This document shows positions 1-9,323 of a stretch of DNA of 64,000 nt, piece after piece. A model generated the notes under the pieces. The model did no database searches. It was not told the origin of the DNA and saw nothing but the letters and a program-made list of their open reading frames with translations. The number at the start of each line of letters is the position of its first letter. Positions within the stretch are counted from its first letter, which is position 1. The position numbers were made by a program, and so were the translations under genes. Origin of the DNA: Candidatus Iainarchaeum sp. (GTDB taxonomy: Archaea > Iainarchaeota > Iainarchaeia > Iainarchaeales > GCA-2688035); NCBI GenBank assembly GCA_017610205.1, contig JAFCCL010000007.1, forward strand, positions 1-64,000, read 5' to 3'.

Positions 1-213
1 ATAAAAAAAACTCCAACCAGAAGCCATAATAGGACTATTCTACAAAAATATAGTAGGCGAATAGATGACACGTTCAAGAGAATCCCTAAAACGAAATAAT
101 ATCAGGATACCACAAGCCAAGTTTTTCGCCGAAACTCTTAAATATAACCTTGTGTATAATAGTAATGGTAACCTATAAGGGCTATAGGGGGCTGCTTCTT
201 GGGGTGCCTCTTG

Positions 214-247
214 GGGAGGCGGAATTACACAATCACACCGAGCTGCA
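214..247 (+). repeat. 34-bp dispersed repeat, copy 1 (resembles a tRNA 3' end plus trailer), just upstream of a TA promoter
   Basis: gggaggcggaattacacaatcacaccgagctgca matches gggaggcgggattacacaatcacgccggacggca at 18084-18117 (29/34 identical). Confidence 0.8.
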
Positions 248-250
248 AAA

Positions 251-267
251 AAGAAAGCTTTAAATAG
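251..267 (+). promoter_or_regulatory. Probable BRE/TATA box of the TA operon
   Basis: aaagaaagcTTTAAATA about 35 nt upstream of ATG 302; SD-like aggtga before the start. Confidence 0.5.
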
Positions 268-301
268 ATTTCTACTTATTTTACTTATTTAAGGTGATTT
301 A

Positions 302-508
302 ATGGTTAACATGACTATGGCTATTCCTGAACAATTGCACAAGGTTATGAAAAAACACGCTGAAATAAAGTGGACTGAAGTGGCAAGGCAGGCAATAGAA
401 AAAAAAGCAAGAGAAGTAGAAGAAGAAAAAATGATTTGGATGAAACACGCCCACGAACACGCAGTCAAAAGAGGATGGAGTGAGGCACATGAGCTCTTCA
501 AGTTTTGA
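302..508 (+). CDS. RHH-type antitoxin
   Basis: 68 aa; N-terminal NMTMAIPEQL...WTEVARQAI ribbon-helix-helix pattern; overlaps the downstream toxin. Confidence 0.75.
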   Translation: MVNMTMAIPEQLHKVMKKHAEIKWTEVARQAIEKKAREVEEEKMIWMKHAHEHAVKRGWSEAHELFKF

Positions 509-839
509 ACAAGGAGAAATCGTAGTAGCACCAATTCCATTCTCAAGTCAATTTTCAGCTAAGATAAGGCCAGCACTTGTTATAAGTAAAGAAAAATACA
601 ACAACAAATCAGAAGATGTCATCGTACTAAAGGTCACAAGCAAGGGAAAAGACTATCCTTTTGACGTAGGACTATCAGCAAAAGATTTTTCAGCTGGAAA
701 ACTCAAACACGAAAGTGTAATCCAAGCAGACTTCCCAGTGGTTATAGAAAAAAGAAGCATATCACAAAAGATTGGGAAAGTTTCAAGCAAAAAACTCAAA
801 GAAGTAAAACAGAAGCTAAAGGAATTGTATGAGCTCTAA
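489..839 (+). CDS. PemK/MazF-family toxin endoribonuclease
   Basis: QGEIVVAPIPFS..KIRPALVIS..YN..DVIVLKVTS motif; ATG 489 preferred over GTG 480. Confidence 0.9.
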   Translation: MSSSSFEQGEIVVAPIPFSSQFSAKIRPALVISKEKYNNKSEDVIVLKVTSKGKDYPFDVGLSAKDFSAGKLKHESVIQADFPVVIEKRSISQKIGKVSSKKLKEVKQKLKELYEL

Positions 840-1001
840 AATAAAAAGAAGTTGTGTAGTTTGTGGCAAAAAAATGGGAATTAAAATAGCAGACAACGGC
901 AAATATGACAAGGGGCACTATTTTGGAAAAATGAAATTTTTGTCGGAATAAAAGGAATGCACTGCAATAGCTGTGCAAAAATAATTCAGGAAAAGTTTTG
1001 A
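829..1001 (+). pseudogene. Truncated CxxC small protein (829-951) followed by an HMA/CopZ-like fragment (945-1001)
   Basis: Read manually: MSSKIKRSCVVCGKKMGIKIADNGKYDKGHYFGKMKFLSE*; in another frame GIKGMHCNSCAKIIQEKF* (GMxCxxC). Confidence 0.5.
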
Positions 1002-1009
1002 AGTAATTC

Positions 1010-1393
1010 CTATTTTGATTTCCACAAAGCATGCAAGTTGCAGTAAATTCTTGCAGTAACGTTTGTTGCAGTTGTTTCAAATTCTGCTTTAGACGCCTGT
1101 CCTGGCTTTAGGAATTTTTTACAAGAACTTCCATCAGCAAGAATTTCAATCCATTCAATGAAATGCTTTTCTTCCATTGGATGAGGAATTGAACCAACCT
1201 TTACTTTTACGCCTTTTTCAGTCTTTTCAATTATTGGAACATGCTTTTCGTTTCCTTTGTCTTCAGTCTTTTCTTCAAGCAGGTTCATTGGCTGGCTGCA
1301 GCATACAAGCTCGCCGCCTCCAACGTGAAGCATTTCAACAATGTTTCCGCAGATTTGACATTTAAAAATTTGCCCGATTTTTTCCACAGCCAT
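1010..1393 (-). CDS. dfx: Desulfoferrodoxin (2Fe superoxide reductase)
   Basis: CQICGN..LVCC desulforedoxin domain; [16 protein letters not shown] and CNLH ligands. Confidence 0.95.
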   Translation of the reverse strand: MAVEKIGQIFKCQICGNIVEMLHVGGGELVCCSQPMNLLEEKTEDKGNEKHVPIIEKTEKGVKVKVGSIPHPMEEKHFIEWIEILADGSSCKKFLKPGQASKAEFETTATNVTARIYCNLHALWKSK

Positions 1394-1407
1394 TTTTTCA
1401 TGCACCC

Positions 1408-1992
1408 TTAGTATTCTTCGCATTTTAACTGAAAAAAGCCTTTGGCATGATTACAGCTTGGGCATTTTTCCGGAGGCTCTTTGCCAAAGTGGGCATAACC
1501 GCATTCCCTGCAAACCCACCAGACCTCTTTGCCTTTTTTGAAAAATGTTCCGGTTTCAACCTGTTTCAAAAGCTTGGCATACCTTTCCTCATGGTGCTCT
1601 TCGGCTTTTGCAATTGACTTGAGCCTTTTGGCAATTTCTATTAAGCCCTCTTTTTCTGCTGTTGCTGCAAAGCCAGGGTACATTTTTGAATGCTCGTAGT
1701 TTTCTCCTGCAATTGCCGCTTTAAGATTTTCTGCAGTAGTTCCAAAAGTTGTTGGAACTGAAGCTTCAACTTCTATTTCATCAAATATTTCACTGTTTTT
1801 CTTCTTCAATTCGCTTATGTGTTCAAAAAGCCTTTTTGCATGCTCTTTTTCGTTTTCTGCAGTAATAAGAAAAATCTCTGCAATCTGCTCAAAGCCTTCT
1901 TTCCTTGCCTGTTTTGCGTAAAAAGTGTAGCGGTTTCTTGCCTGGCTTTCGCCAATAAATGCTTTGGATAAATTTTTTAGTGTTTCCTTCAA
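1408..1992 (-). CDS. rbr: Rubrerythrin
   Basis: [21 protein letters not shown] and EEHHE diiron motifs; C-terminal CRECG..CPSC rubredoxin domain. Confidence 0.95.
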   Translation of the reverse strand: MKETLKNLSKAFIGESQARNRYTFYAKQARKEGFEQIAEIFLITAENEKEHAKRLFEHISELKKKNSEIFDEIEVEASVPTTFGTTAENLKAAIAGENYEHSKMYPGFAATAEKEGLIEIAKRLKSIAKAEEHHEERYAKLLKQVETGTFFKKGKEVWWVCRECGYAHFGKEPPEKCPSCNHAKGFFQLKCEEY

Positions 1993-2079
1993 ATTAAAAA
2001 AACTCCTTTCTTTTTTTAATTAATAGAACAAACGTATTATATTTATTATTTTAGGGCCAAAAATGCAAAAAAAAGGAAA

Positions 2080-2700
2080 TTAAACCAGTTTTCTTTCAGA
2101 AAAAGCAGTTTCAACAAGACCTTTTGTATCAAGCTTTTTTTCTTTCAATTCAATAAAGGCACGCTTTGCAGCGGTTGAAGGCTTGTCAGGAATTGAACAG
2201 CATGAGCTTGGCTGAGTGCTTATTTTAAAGGTTTCAAACTTTTTTGCAATTGCCTCAATTTCAAGCTTGTCCATTCCAAGCAACGGCCTTATTACAGGAA
2301 TTGAAATGCATCCTGCTTCAGCATTCAGATTGCTTAAGGTTTGCGATGCAACCTGTCCAAGGCTGTCGCCTTTAAGCAAGGCATTTGCATTTTCTTCAGC
2401 TGCAAGCCTTTCTCCAAGTCTTGACATCATTCTCTTACACAAAACACAGGCAAATTTCCTGTCACAGTTTTCAACAATTGCATTAAGAATTGGGAAAAAT
2501 GGAACAACAGCAAGCTTTATTTTTTTCCCGAATTTTTGCTCCAAATGCCTGACAAGGGAAATGGTTTTTTGTTCAGCCGTTTTGTCCAAAGCAACTGTAC
2601 TGCAATGCAATGCAACAACTTCCATGCCTTGTTCCAATGCAAGTGAGATTGCTGCAGCACTGTCAATGCCACCACTTAGCAAAACAATAACTTTTGCCAT
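2080..2700 (-). CDS. thiI: ThiI-like tRNA sulfurtransferase, catalytic domain only (no THUMP)
   Basis: LLSGGIDS PP-loop, GDSLGQVASQT, RPLLGMDK; CVLC and CC cysteines; 206 aa. Confidence 0.8.
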   Translation of the reverse strand: MAKVIVLLSGGIDSAAAISLALEQGMEVVALHCSTVALDKTAEQKTISLVRHLEQKFGKKIKLAVVPFFPILNAIVENCDRKFACVLCKRMMSRLGERLAAEENANALLKGDSLGQVASQTLSNLNAEAGCISIPVIRPLLGMDKLEIEAIAKKFETFKISTQPSSCCSIPDKPSTAAKRAFIELKEKKLDTKGLVETAFSERKLV

Positions 2701-2723
2701 AATATCAACTCAATTAATGAAGG

Positions 2724-4163
2724 TTAGTTTCTGTAAACGAAATCGCTTACATCACTGCTTTTTCTTGACCTGCGTTTTCTTGTGCTTCCGCTTCCGTGGA
2801 AACCACGCTGTTCAGGTCCTTTGTTCCTTGAATCATGTCCCTGGGTTTTGTTGCCAAATCTGCTTGAACCTCTGCTTGAACCTCTGCTTGAACCTCTGCT
2901 TGAACCTCTGCTTGAACCTCTGCTTGAACCTCTGCTTGAACCTCTGCTTGAACCTCTGCTTGAACCTCTGCTACCTCTGCTTTGACCTCTGCCGCCAAAG
3001 CTTCGGTTTCCAAAGCTACCTCTTTCGCCTGAACTGCTTCTGCCTCCAATGCCACCGCTTCTTTGACCTCGGCCCATTGGCATTGCCCTTCTTGATTTCA
3101 TTGGGTCAAACCACAGTTCCCTGCTTTCAGTGTCTTCAGGAACGAATGTTATTGCATGTCCTATTGCACCCATTCTTCCTGTTCTTCCAACACGGTGTTT
3201 GTAGGTGTCAGCATCGTTTGGCCTGTCAAAGTTTACAACAAATTCAACGTTGTCAATTTGCAAGCCGCGTGCTGCAACATCTGTTGCAATTAAAATATTT
3301 TTTCTTCCAAGCTTGAAATTTTTTAGGGCAATTTCCCTTCCTTTTTGGCTTTTGTCACCGTGAATGCTTGTTGATTTAAAGCCCTTGCCCTTTAATTCGT
3401 GGTTGAGTTTGTCAGCGTACCTTTTTGTTGAAACAAATACAAGAACCCTGTTTTTGCCAGCACTTGCAATTATTTCAAGTAATTCCCTTAGCTTACTGTT
3501 TCTTGAAACATTTATAGTTTTTTCAATTATGTTTTTTCCAATGATTTCATCTTCTATTAGCACTTCTTTGTAATCAGGAATATATTTTTTGATTAGTTGG
3601 GCAACGCTTCCGTCAAGCGTGGCTGAAAAGAGATGTGTGTATTCGGGTCTTATGAATGCAAGTATTTCTTTTATGTCTGAAATAAATCCCATATCAAGCA
3701 TGCGGTCAGCCTCATCAAGAACAACTGTGTCAAAGATTCTTGGATCAATTGCCCTTCGTTTGAAGTGGTCCAAGAGCCTTCCAGGGGTTGCACAAAGAAT
3801 GTCAACTCCTTTTTCTATCTCACGGAGCTCTGTGTTGATATTGTGACCGCCGTATACAGACACAACTCTGAAGCTTGTGAACTTTGTTATTCCCGAAATT
3901 TCTTTTCCGACCTGTGTTGCAAGTTCGCGTGTCGGGCAAAGTATGAGAATTGATTTTGACCTCCCTTGAAGCATTCTTTCAGCCAGGGATATTCCAAAGG
4001 CTGCTGTTTTGCCAGAGCCTGTAAAGCTTTTTGAAATAACGTTGTTTCCTTTTATTATTAGGGGGATTGTTTTTTCCTGCACTTCTGTTGGAGTCTTGTA
4101 TCCAAGCCCCTTTAATGCCCTTTTGAGCTCTTTGCTTAAAGGCATTTGTTCAAAATTTACCAT
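2724..4163 (-). CDS. DEAD-box RNA helicase with an RG/RS-rich tail
   Basis: Q motif [32 protein letters not shown]; ATG 4163 follows SD aggtga. Confidence 0.95.
   Translation of the reverse strand: MVNFEQMPLSKELKRALKGLGYKTPTEVQEKTIPLIIKGNNVISKSFTGSGKTAAFGISLAERMLQGRSKSILILCPTRELATQVGKEISGITKFTSFRVVSVYGGHNINTELREIEKGVDILCATPGRLLDHFKRRAIDPRIFDTVVLDEADRMLDMGFISDIKEILAFIRPEYTHLFSATLDGSVAQLIKKYIPDYKEVLIEDEIIGKNIIEKTINVSRNSKLRELLEIIASAGKNRVLVFVSTKRYADKLNHELKGKGFKSTSIHGDKSQKGREIALKNFKLGRKNILIATDVAARGLQIDNVEFVVNFDRPNDADTYKHRVGRTGRMGAIGHAITFVPEDTESRELWFDPMKSRRAMPMGRGQRSGGIGGRSSSGERGSFGNRSFGGRGQSRGSRGSSRGSSRGSSRGSSRGSSRGSSRGSSRGSSRGSSRFGNKTQGHDSRNKGPEQRGFHGSGSTRKRRSRKSSDVSDFVYRN
2860..2967. repeat. 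Perfect 12-bp tandem repeat x9 (ctgcttgaacct) encoding (RGSS)9 in the helicase tail
   Basis: Counted directly; degenerate copies flank it at 2968-2995. Confidence 0.95.
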
Positions 4164-4189
4164 TAGATTTTTCACCTTTTTTTGTTTCT

Positions 4190-4322
4190 ATGCAAATTTT
4201 AGTTTTTTAAAATTTTTAAAAATTAAATTTTTTATAATTTTTTTTAAAATTTTTAAAATTAATTCTTTGCAATTTTTTAAATTTTAAATTTTTTTTTATT
4301 TTTTATTTTTATTTTTTTTATT
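4190..4322. other. Almost pure A/T low-complexity tract between the divergent helicase gene and mbh operon
   Basis: About 130 bp of T/A runs with only a handful of G/C. Confidence 0.7.
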
Positions 4323-4499
4323 GCTATACAAACAGTATGTTAATTCATTAAAGAATTAGATAATGCTATTGTACTACATAATTCAATTCGTGAGTGTTTT
4401 TATACCTTTCTAAGAGGCCAAATTGTTACAAAATACTGAGCTATTGCTTGATAGCAAGTTTATTTAAGCGGTTTAGTCTTAATAACTTGGGAGAAAAAT

Positions 4500-5012
4500 A
4501 TGGCCGTGCTTGCAGTTGCGTTTGTTTTTTCGTTCTTGTTTTACCTAGTTTTGACGGCAGGTTCGGGAAAGGTTTTATTTTGGTCAATTGAAGAAATTGG
4601 CTTTGGGCTTGTTTTTGCTGCTTTTACAGCAGTTCTTGCAAAAAAGTTTTTTTGTTCTACAGGCACAAAGCTTGGTTTCCGGTCTTTGAATCCAAAAAGG
4701 TGGGTGTTTTTTTTAATTTATGCAATTGGCCCGCTTTTTTTTGAAATGGCAAAAGCCAATATTGAAGTGGCTTATAGGATGATAACCAAAAAAATAAAGC
4801 CAGGGATTGTAAAAATTTCTCCTGGGATGAAAAGCGATTTTGGTACTATGATGGTTGCAAATGGAATTACACTTACTCCCGGAACACTTTCGGTGGATGT
4901 TGATGAAAAGGGAAATATTTACGTGCACTGGATTTTTGTTGAAAGTAAAAACCCAAAATTGGAGGATGTATGTTCAAGCTTTCCAAAGTGGATTAGGAGG
5001 ATTGCTGAATAA
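4500..5012 (+). CDS. mbhA: Membrane-bound hydrogenase subunit A (MrpE-like)
   Basis: KANIEVA..IKPGIV..ANGITLTPGTLSVDV..YVHW. Confidence 0.9.
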   Translation: MAVLAVAFVFSFLFYLVLTAGSGKVLFWSIEEIGFGLVFAAFTAVLAKKFFCSTGTKLGFRSLNPKRWVFFLIYAIGPLFFEMAKANIEVAYRMITKKIKPGIVKISPGMKSDFGTMMVANGITLTPGTLSVDVDEKGNIYVHWIFVESKNPKLEDVCSSFPKWIRRIAE

Positions 5013-5035
5013 ACAGCTGGCAAAGGTGAAGGTTT

Positions 5036-5302
5036 ATGATTGGGTCTGGATTTGAATTCATGGTTGTGGCCGTTGCTTTGGTTGTGTTAATGCTTGTTTG
5101 CCTTGCAAGGGTTTTGCTTGGGCCAACAATGCCTGACAGGGTTGTTGCACTTGATACAATAAACACTTTAGTAATGGCTTTTCTTGTTGTTTTAGGCGTG
5201 GCTTTAAATGCAATAATTTACATTGATGTGGCAATTGTTTACGCATTGCTTGCATTTGTGTCAACATTGTTTATTTCGAAGTATCTGGAGGCAGAAGCAT
5301 GA
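5036..5302 (+). CDS. mbhB: Mbh subunit B (MrpF-like)
   Basis: GPTMPDRVVALD..YIDVAIVYALLAFVST. Confidence 0.9.
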   Translation: MIGSGFEFMVVAVALVVLMLVCLARVLLGPTMPDRVVALDTINTLVMAFLVVLGVALNAIIYIDVAIVYALLAFVSTLFISKYLEAEA

Positions 5303-5336
5303 TTGCTTTTGCAATTTACTTGGAGGGAAGGACAGG

Positions 5337-5699
5337 ATGATTATTTTGGTAATTTATGCATTTCTTGCAATTGGAATAATTTTTCAAACTTCTGGCGTGA
5401 TTGCGTTGCATCAGTTTCCCGATGTTTACACAAGGTTGCATGGGTCAACAAAGTGCACAACCTTTGGCTCAATTTTCATTTACTTGGCAGTGATTGTTTA
5501 CGGTGCATGGTTTGCTTTTTCCGGACAGCCAGAGTATGCTGTGCTTTCAATTCATACACTTATTGTAATGGTCTTGCTTCTTGTAACAAACCCAACCGGA
5601 GCGCATGCTATTGCACGGGCGGCTTACAGGTCTGGTGTTATGCCAAAGGGAGCTGTTGTTGACATGCTTAAGGAAAAGTACAGGGTGGGCAAAAAATGA
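5337..5699 (+). CDS. mbhC: Mbh subunit C (MrpG-like)
   Basis: FPDVYTRLHGSTKCTT..TNPTGAHAIARAA; start moved to ATG 5337. Confidence 0.9.
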   Translation: MIILVIYAFLAIGIIFQTSGVIALHQFPDVYTRLHGSTKCTTFGSIFIYLAVIVYGAWFAFSGQPEYAVLSIHTLIVMVLLLVTNPTGAHAIARAAYRSGVMPKGAVVDMLKEKYRVGKK

Positions 5700-5953
5700 T
5701 TTTTGAAATTTTGCAGGCTGTTTTGCTTTTGGGAATTGTTGTTTCAGGACTTTTGGCTGTGAAAAGCAGTGATTTGCTAAGGGCGGTAATTTTTCTTGCG
5801 GCAATGAGCATGCTTTTGTCAGCCCAGTTTTATTTGCTTCAGGCTCCTGATGTTGCAATCGCTGAAGCGGCTGTTGGAGCAGGTCTTTCAACAGCAATTT
5901 TTGTGATTGCAATCAGTAAAACGGAAAGGTGGGAGAATGGAAAAAAGCATTAA
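5696..5953 (+). CDS. mbhD: Mbh subunit D (DUF4040 / MrpA-B fragment)
   Basis: LQAPDVAIAEAAVGAG. Confidence 0.9.
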   Translation: MIFEILQAVLLLGIVVSGLLAVKSSDLLRAVIFLAAMSMLLSAQFYLLQAPDVAIAEAAVGAGLSTAIFVIAISKTERWENGKKH

Positions 5954-6206
5954 AATATCAGTTCTTGTGTTGCTTTGCGCTTTTCTTTTAATGGCAGGAA
6001 TGCTGATGCATAACGAAGACATGCCTGATTCAACGCCAATGGATGATTATTTTATTGAAAACGGGCAGGTTCAAACAGGCAGCAACAATATTGTTGCCGC
6101 AATAGTGTTTGATTACAGGGGTCTTGACACGCTTGGAGAAGCAAGTGTGCTTTTTGGTGCGGCAACAGGAGTTTTGATTGCGTTAGGGGTGAAAAAGAGT
6201 GGATAA
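5937..6206 (+). CDS. mbhE: Mbh subunit E
   Basis: TGSNNIVAAIVFDYRGLDTLGE. Confidence 0.9.
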   Translation: MEKSIKISVLVLLCAFLLMAGMLMHNEDMPDSTPMDDYFIENGQVQTGSNNIVAAIVFDYRGLDTLGEASVLFGAATGVLIALGVKKSG

Positions 6207-6696
6207 GGAAATGTCTCCAATTGTAAAAAATGTTGCAGTTGTCCTTGTAATTCCAATAACCATGTTCGGCTTATACATAATTTTGCATGGGCATTTGACT
6301 CCTGGGGGAGGATTCCCAGGGGGGGCAATAATGGCAAGTCTTGTTGTGTTGTTCTTTGTTGCTTTTGGAAAAGAGTGGGCTAAGAAAATCAATAAGGGAA
6401 TTTTGTTTTTTGGGGAAAGCTTTGGGCTTGCATTGTTTGGGTTGCTTGCCTTCCTTGGTCTTGGAACAAGCTTTTTTCACAATTTTCTTGCAAATTCAGA
6501 TTCGTTGTTTGGAATGTCAATTCCTTTTGGGGCAAATTCTGGGTTTTTGTGGAGTGGTGGAATAATTCCTTTGATGAATATTGCTGTAGGGCTTGAGGTG
6601 TTTGCTGCACTTTCAATTATTGCAGTAGTAATGTTTTTAGAAAACGGCAAAGTAATGTTTTCAGAAAAGGAAAATAATGTAGGTGGCAAAAAATGA
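6199..6696 (+). CDS. mbhF: Mbh subunit F (MrpB-like)
   Basis: HGHLTPGGGFPGG..NIAVGLEV. Confidence 0.9.
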   Translation: MDKEMSPIVKNVAVVLVIPITMFGLYIILHGHLTPGGGFPGGAIMASLVVLFFVAFGKEWAKKINKGILFFGESFGLALFGLLAFLGLGTSFFHNFLANSDSLFGMSIPFGANSGFLWSGGIIPLMNIAVGLEVFAALSIIAVVMFLENGKVMFSEKENNVGGKK

Positions 6697-7031
6697 TTGG
6701 TTTTGTTTTTCTTGCAGTGATTGCTCTTGCTGCAATTGGAATTTATGCCGCAATGTTTAAAAGAAACCTGATAAAGATTGTTGTTGGCATTAACATTATT
6801 GCTTCTGCTGCAAACCTTTTCCTTGTAAGTCTTGGATATAGGGAGGGGGGAATTGCTCCGATTTTTACAGGAGCTGAATCGCTTAATATGGTTCTTGCAA
6901 CCCCGCAGGCTTTGACTCTTACTTCAATTGTAATAAATCTTGCAGTAACTGCTTTGATGCTTTCTTTTGCAATAATGATTTATAGGCATTATGGCTCGCT
7001 TGATGCCCTTAAAAGGAGGCTTAAGGAATGA
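6693..7031 (+). CDS. mbhG: Mbh subunit G (MrpC-like)
   Basis: NLIKIVVG..PQALTLTSIVI. Confidence 0.9.
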   Translation: MIGFVFLAVIALAAIGIYAAMFKRNLIKIVVGINIIASAANLFLVSLGYREGGIAPIFTGAESLNMVLATPQALTLTSIVINLAVTALMLSFAIMIYRHYGSLDALKRRLKE

Positions 7032-8560
7032 TTCTTGAAAATGCACCTGCGCTTGCAATAGGCATTCCTCTTTTTGCTGCCTTTGCAGTATTTTTCTTCG
7101 GAAAACTTGGGAAAAGGGCAATGAAAGTGTGGGTTGTTGCAGGACTTTTGGCAGCCGAGGTTTTTATTATCTGGCTTGCTATGGATGCATTATCTGGCAT
7201 TAGCCATTTTTATGCTGTTGGAGCACAGGTTCCGGGAATTATAAGCCAGGCTGGTTTCCCGGTAAGGGTTGTGCTTGTGGTTGATGCTGTTTCTGCTCTT
7301 GTTGCCCTTGTTGCAATGTCTTTGTGTTTGCTTGCAGGGCTTTTTTCACTGCGGTTTTTTGAGAAAAAAGAGGGTGGCGAAAAATTTTATTCGCTGCTTT
7401 TGCTTTTGGCTGCAGGAATTACAGGCCTTAGTTTTACAGGGGATTTTTTTACAATGTTTGTTTTTCTGGAGGTAATTTCAATTTCTTCAGCAGGGCTTAT
7501 TGTATTTTTTAGGGAGGGAGAAGGTTTTGAAGCAGGGTTCAAATATCTTGTTCTTTTGGCAATTGGGGCATTGTTTTTGCTTTTTGGAGTGGGAATTTTT
7601 TATGGAAAATATGGCCTGCTGAACATTGGAGCAATTGCTTCACTTGTTGGTGTTAATGCTTCGTTTATTGATTTTACTGCTGTTGCATTGATTGCGTCTG
7701 CTCTTTTGCTTAAATGTGGTTCTTTTCCGGTGCATATGTGGAAGCCTGATGTTTATCAAAAGGCAAGCGGAATTGTTTCTGCAGTGCTTGTGGCTTCAGG
7801 GCTTGTCGGAATTTATGCATTGTTTAGGGTGCTTTTCCTAATGCTTGCAAATACGCCTCTTAGTGCAATGGTTGGATGGGTTATTGCAATTCTTGGAGTG
7901 TTTTCAATTTTTGTTGGGGTAACAATGGCTTTGAAGCAAACCAGTTTGAAAAGGCTTGTTGGTTATGCTGCTGTTGCTGAAACAGGGTTTGTGTTGCTTG
8001 CATTTGGAACTGGGTTAGCTGCTGTTACCAGTATGGATATTTTTTCATTTAGGGCAGTAATTGGGGGAATGTTCCAGTTGGTTAATGATGGGCTTGACCT
8101 GGGATTGCTTTTCCTTTTAATTGCTGCTGTTGGCTTTGTTACAAAAAAGAAAAGGATTGGGGAGATAAGCGGGCTTGCTCACAAAAGCCCTGTTCTTGCA
8201 GTTCTTTTTCTTATTGGCATGTTTGCAATTTCTGGGATGCCGCCTTTCAATGGATTTGCAAGCAAGATTATAATTTATGAATCTGTTTACATGGCAAGCC
8301 CTGTGTTTTCAATTGTTGGAATTTTGGGAAGTGTTATGCTTTTGGCAATTTTTGTAAAAGTGTTTGTTGCAATTTTCCTTGGTCCGCCTTATAAGGGAAA
8401 GGTGGAGGTTTTGCCAAAAAGCATGCTTTTGGTTATGTGCATTTTTGCATTTTTTATTTTGTTGCTTGGGCTTTTCCCAAAGCAGGCAATTGAGGGAGTG
8501 TTCCTGCCGGCTGCAAAGGCATTGATTAACAGCCAGGCTTATATTGGGGGAATTTTGTGA
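7028..8560 (+). CDS. mbhH: Mbh subunit H (MrpD-like ion-translocating subunit)
   Basis: GDFFTMFVFLE, EAGFKY, LKCGSFPVHMW.PD, GMPPFNGFASK; many TM helices. Confidence 0.92.
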   Translation: MILENAPALAIGIPLFAAFAVFFFGKLGKRAMKVWVVAGLLAAEVFIIWLAMDALSGISHFYAVGAQVPGIISQAGFPVRVVLVVDAVSALVALVAMSLCLLAGLFSLRFFEKKEGGEKFYSLLLLLAAGITGLSFTGDFFTMFVFLEVISISSAGLIVFFREGEGFEAGFKYLVLLAIGALFLLFGVGIFYGKYGLLNIGAIASLVGVNASFIDFTAVALIASALLLKCGSFPVHMWKPDVYQKASGIVSAVLVASGLVGIYALFRVLFLMLANTPLSAMVGWVIAILGVFSIFVGVTMALKQTSLKRLVGYAAVAETGFVLLAFGTGLAAVTSMDIFSFRAVIGGMFQLVNDGLDLGLLFLLIAAVGFVTKKKRIGEISGLAHKSPVLAVLFLIGMFAISGMPPFNGFASKIIIYESVYMASPVFSIVGILGSVMLLAIFVKVFVAIFLGPPYKGKVEVLPKSMLLVMCIFAFFILLLGLFPKQAIEGVFLPAAKALINSQAYIGGIL

Positions 8561-8898
8561 GCGAAATAATTTTTAGCACAGGATCCGTTGCTTGGAGTCC
8601 TCTAATGCTTGTTGCAGGTGTTGCTATTGCAATAGCAATAGCTTATCTTGTAAGAGCTATGGGGAGCAATAACTACAAGCGTTCAGGGGAACAGGGTATG
8701 GCATTCTTTTCAGGGAACAGGCATCCTGATGACGGAATTGGAAGTGAAAATCTTTACTGGGGGTTTTTCAAATCAATGGAAGGCTATTATGAGTTTATGA
8801 AAAAAATGCATTCGGGAATTGTAAACGATTATGTTTTCTGGTTTGTGCTGGTTGTGGTTGTATTGCTTGCAGGAATGGCTTTTGGGGGAATTTTATGA
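8557..8898 (+). CDS. mbhI: Mbh subunit I
   Basis: FFSGN..NLYWGF..HSGIVNDYVFW; position between MbhH and MbhJ. Confidence 0.85.
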   Translation: MSEIIFSTGSVAWSPLMLVAGVAIAIAIAYLVRAMGSNNYKRSGEQGMAFFSGNRHPDDGIGSENLYWGFFKSMEGYYEFMKKMHSGIVNDYVFWFVLVVVVLLAGMAFGGIL

Positions 8899-9323
8899 GC
8901 TTGAAGGATTTGAACAGGTCTTTGTGGGTTTTTCATGTAAATTCAGGAAGCTGTAATGGTTGTGATATTGAAATTGTTGCAACTTTGACTCCCAGATATG
9001 ACATTGAAAGGTTTGGAATGAAGCTTGTTGGAACGCCAAGGCATGCTGATGTTTTGCTTGTTACAGGGCCTGTTACAAGAGATATGGAAAAAAAGCTCAG
9101 AAGGGTTTTTGACCAGACACCTGACCCAAAGGTGGTTATGGTTATAGGAAATTGTGGAAGCACAGGCGGTGTTTTTTACGAGTCATATAATCTTGTAGGG
9201 CCTGTTGACAGAATTATTCCGGTAGATGTATATGTTGCCGGCTGTCCGCCAAGGCCTGAGGCAATAATTGAGGGTGTTGTAAAGGTCTGGGCAAAGCTTG
9301 AGAAAAGAGGTGAAAAGAAATGA
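8895..9323 (+). CDS. mbhJ: Hydrogenase small subunit (NuoB-like)
   Basis: SCNGCDIE, PRHAD, GNC, GCPPRP. Confidence 0.95.
   Translation: MSLKDLNRSLWVFHVNSGSCNGCDIEIVATLTPRYDIERFGMKLVGTPRHADVLLVTGPVTRDMEKKLRRVFDQTPDPKVVMVIGNCGSTGGVFYESYNLVGPVDRIIPVDVYVAGCPPRPEAIIEGVVKVWAKLEKRGEKK

Noticed and set aside
1-200. Possible gene end or short ORFs and a small cctata/tatagg hairpin at the window start
   Set aside because: Too short and truncated to assign
2860-2967. Possible CRISPR array
   Set aside because: Head-to-tail 12-mers with no spacers, inside a CDS; no cas genes in the window
2216-3316. 366-aa + strand ORF with (LCLN)n and other ORFs over the 12-bp repeat
   Set aside because: Shadow frames of the helicase and thiI genes, kept open by the stop-free repeat
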